Positions 62,254 through 64,000 of a stretch of DNA of 64,000 nucleotides are shown in pieces. The DNA is taken from the sequence record OL964745.1; one strand, given 5' to 3'. The DNA comes from Escherichia phage T4. How positions within the stretch are numbered: the first letter of the stretch is position 1; each line of letters opens with the position of its first letter. The notes beneath the pieces were generated by a model. It saw only the letters and a program-made list of their open reading frames with translations, ran no database searches and was not told where the DNA came from. Position numbers and translations under genes: made by a program.

Positions 62254-62340
62254 CGGAGGCGATAGGATTTGAACCTATGAGTCGCCGGAGCGACTGCCGG
62301 TTTTCAAGACCGGTGCATTAAACCACTCTGCCACGCCTCC
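62254..62340 (-). tRNA. tRNA-Ser (anticodon UGA)
   Basis: GGAGGCGTGGCAGAGTGG...CCGGTCTTGAAAACCGG... long variable arm ...GGTTCAAATCC...CGCCTCCG. Confidence 0.85.
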
Positions 62341-62342
62341 AG

Positions 62343-62416
62343 TCTCCATACAAGGATTTGAACCTTGGACCTCCTGATCCCAAATCAGGCGCTCTACCAA
62401 ACTGAGCTACACGGAG
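62343..62416 (-). tRNA. tRNA-Pro (anticodon UGG)
   Basis: Anticodon arm CCTGA-TTTGGGA-TCAGG; T-loop GGTTCAAATCC. Confidence 0.8.
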
Positions 62417-62426
62417 TAAATTAAAT

Positions 62427-62500
<74 letters not shown>

Positions 62501-62505
62501 AAATT

Positions 62506-62592
62506 TGGTGCGAGAAGTGGGACTCGAACCCACAAGGAAATCATTCCGCAGCATTTTAAGTGCTGTGCCTTTACCAATTTGACCATTCTCGC
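62506..62592 (-). tRNA. tRNA-Leu (anticodon UAA)
   Basis: GCGAGAATGGTCAAATTGGTAAAGGCACAGCACTTAAAATGCTG... long variable arm ...GGTTCGAGTCC...CTCGCACCA. Confidence 0.85.
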
Positions 62593-62593
62593 G

Positions 62594-62666
62594 CTGGGAA
62601 TAAAGGACTCGAACCTTTGCATCTAGCAGTCAAAGTGCTATGCCTTACCAACTTGGCTAATTCCCA
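62594..62666 (-). tRNA. tRNA-Gln (anticodon UUG)
   Basis: TGGGAATTAGCCAAGTTGGTAAGGCATAGCACTTTGACTGCTA...GGTTCGAGTCC...ATTCCCAG. Confidence 0.85.
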
Positions 62667-62760
62667 ATTATTAACAAAGGCTCTCTAACAAGAACCCTTG
62701 ATGATAGAGGGTATTAATCAGTGCGGTATGAGTTAATAACAAATAATTCTTAAAGCATAT

Positions 62761-63036
62761 TTACCATTTATGATGATACGTATTTACGATACATTCAAGA
62801 CCCAAAGGATTCTTGAAAATATCATATTCAAGAGGACCTTTTTCTGTTTCAATAAAGAAATCAAAATTTACTGTATTAAATTTACGGTCTTCCTTTACTA
62901 ATTTAACTTGAGAAGATGAACGATCAATGTAAACCTTTTCAACTTCAAAACACGTTAAAATGCCATAATCATCAATCAAGGCTTTAGCTGCTTCTTGATC
63001 ATATTTATCCATTTTCAACGGATGATACTTTCGCAT
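62761..63036 (-). CDS. hypothetical protein (91 aa)
   Basis: ORF track. Confidence 0.4.
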   Translation of the reverse strand: MRKYHPLKMDKYDQEAAKALIDDYGILTCFEVEKVYIDRSSSQVKLVKEDRKFNTVNFDFFIETEKGPLEYDIFKNPLGLECIVNTYHHKW

Positions 63037-63457
63037 AAAGAATCATCATCAACCTCTATCAACAATAGCATGAGTATGGGCATTTACGATTTGCCACCAG
63101 TCGAAACGATTGGAACCATAATCTGGTTTATTTTCATTTTCTTTAATGATATCACGCAGTTTATCTTCTGTTTCAGCATACGCAATTAAATCATCATATC
63201 CACCACAAGGATAATAATTATCACCTGCGAATAAAAGAAAATTTACCTTAGATGGATTTACGTAATAATGGTCTTTAGGATATAGTTCCTCTCCAATCAG
63301 TTACTTCAACATAACGGTAAGAAAATCCATTTTTACTTTCAATCCAACTCCACGCTTCAAAAGGAGTATTAAAAACTTTATCAGGTATTAAATTACCTTC
63401 AAAATGAGAAGGATTTGCATAATCCCCGGCATAAACATAATATTCGTTAATACTCAT
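63037..63457 (-). pseudogene. hypothetical protein apparently split by a frameshift
   Basis: Track ORF 63275..63457 (..EYYVYAGDYANPSHFEG..) is followed in a shifted frame by 85 start-less codons (..DHYYVNPSKVNFLLFAGDNYYPCGGYDD..) with the same internal repeat. Confidence 0.35.
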
Positions 63458-63643
63458 TTATTCACCTTTAGAAATTTTATCCATAACGATAGCAATTAAA
63501 CCAATTAAAAATGCTACTACAAGTGAAAACACATTTTCTGCTGTAGTTAATAATCCGCATATAAATCCAACAAACATTGAAAAACTAAAAGCAGAAGCAG
63601 AAATTGCAATAGCAACATTTCGAATTAATTCACAGCGTTTCAT
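63458..63643 (-). CDS. small membrane protein (61 aa)
   Basis: Two hydrophobic helices. Confidence 0.4.
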   Translation of the reverse strand: MKRCELIRNVAIAISASAFSFSMFVGFICGLLTTAENVFSLVVAFLIGLIAIVMDKISKGE

Positions 63644-63719
63644 TTTATTCTCCTCAGTAGTTGATAGGGTAATAGTATCACAGCTAAAACCCTATGTAAA
63701 CAACTTTGTGAAATATTTA

Positions 63720-64000
63720 TTACAAAAGATTTTTAGCAATAATCTTGAGATGTGCCGCAGAAATGTGTTTAGCTTTAAACAACGCAGTTTCTTCAGCAGG
63801 AGAGATAACGATTGTAGCACCATCCTTTTTAGCAGACCACCCATCACCTAGGTAAACAGTACCTTTGATTTCTTCGCCATCAACCAGACTAATCATTGGT
63901 TTACCTTCTCGTCCTTTATTTGCTTTAATAACTTCAGAAGTAAGAGTAGCTTCGGTAATGGTAGAAACCGGGGTAGTTGTAGAAGTAAATTCTTTAAATG
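63720..64000 (-). CDS. hypothetical protein, 3' portion only (5' end beyond window)
   Basis: Open frame from the window edge to TAA at 63720-63722 (...GDGWSAKKDGATIVISPAEETALFKAKHISAAHLKIIAKNLL*). Confidence 0.45.
   Translation of the reverse strand, partial: FKEFTSTTTPVSTITEATLTSEVIKANKGREGKPMISLVDGEEIKGTVYLGDGWSAKKDGATIVISPAEETALFKAKHISAAHLKIIAKNLL

Noticed and set aside
63720-64000. Internal protein I (ipI) as identity of the partial ORF at the window edge
   Set aside because: The 93 visible codons lack the MKTYQEFIAE capsid-targeting sequence seen in ipII and ipIII here.

Overview
This 64-kb window reads as the early/middle region of Escherichia phage T4, or an extremely close derivative (Tevenvirinae). 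Almost every gene is on the minus strand, in the T4 order: rIIA.1, 60 (with the 50-nt translational bypass), mobA, 39, motB, dexA, dda, srd, modA, modB, soc, 56, dam, 61, sp, dmd, 41, 40, uvsX, segA, beta-gt, 42, imm, 43, regA, 62, 44, 45, rpbA, 46, 47, alpha-gt, 55, nrdH, nrdG, nrdD intron with I-TevII, nrdD exon 1, 49, pin, nrdC, rI, tk, vs, regB, denV, ipII, ipIII, e, then the cluster of eight tRNAs plus tRNA-like stable RNAs. Identification rests on reading the proteins in the ORF track and on exact sequence landmarks (the gene 60 bypass, T4 lysozyme, Soc, Dda); no database search was run. Protein lengths quoted for T4 are from memory. I found no foreign cargo such as a defence island, CRISPR array or integrase. 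The unexpected signal is a set of lesions confined to dispensable or selfish genes while every essential replication and recombination gene is intact: (1) nrdD exon 1 is followed by the group I intron and then directly by the 3' part of nrdG, so nrdD exon 2, the intron 3' splice site and the nrdG 5' end are missing; (2) dam is split across three reading frames; (3) segB, nudE, a mobB-like HNH gene, a segF-like gene, a macro-domain-like gene and a small lipoprotein gene are each broken by 1- or 2-nt frameshifts. Whether these are real mutations or assembly errors cannot be decided from the sequence alone. Plus-strand ORFs in the track are antisense artefacts.
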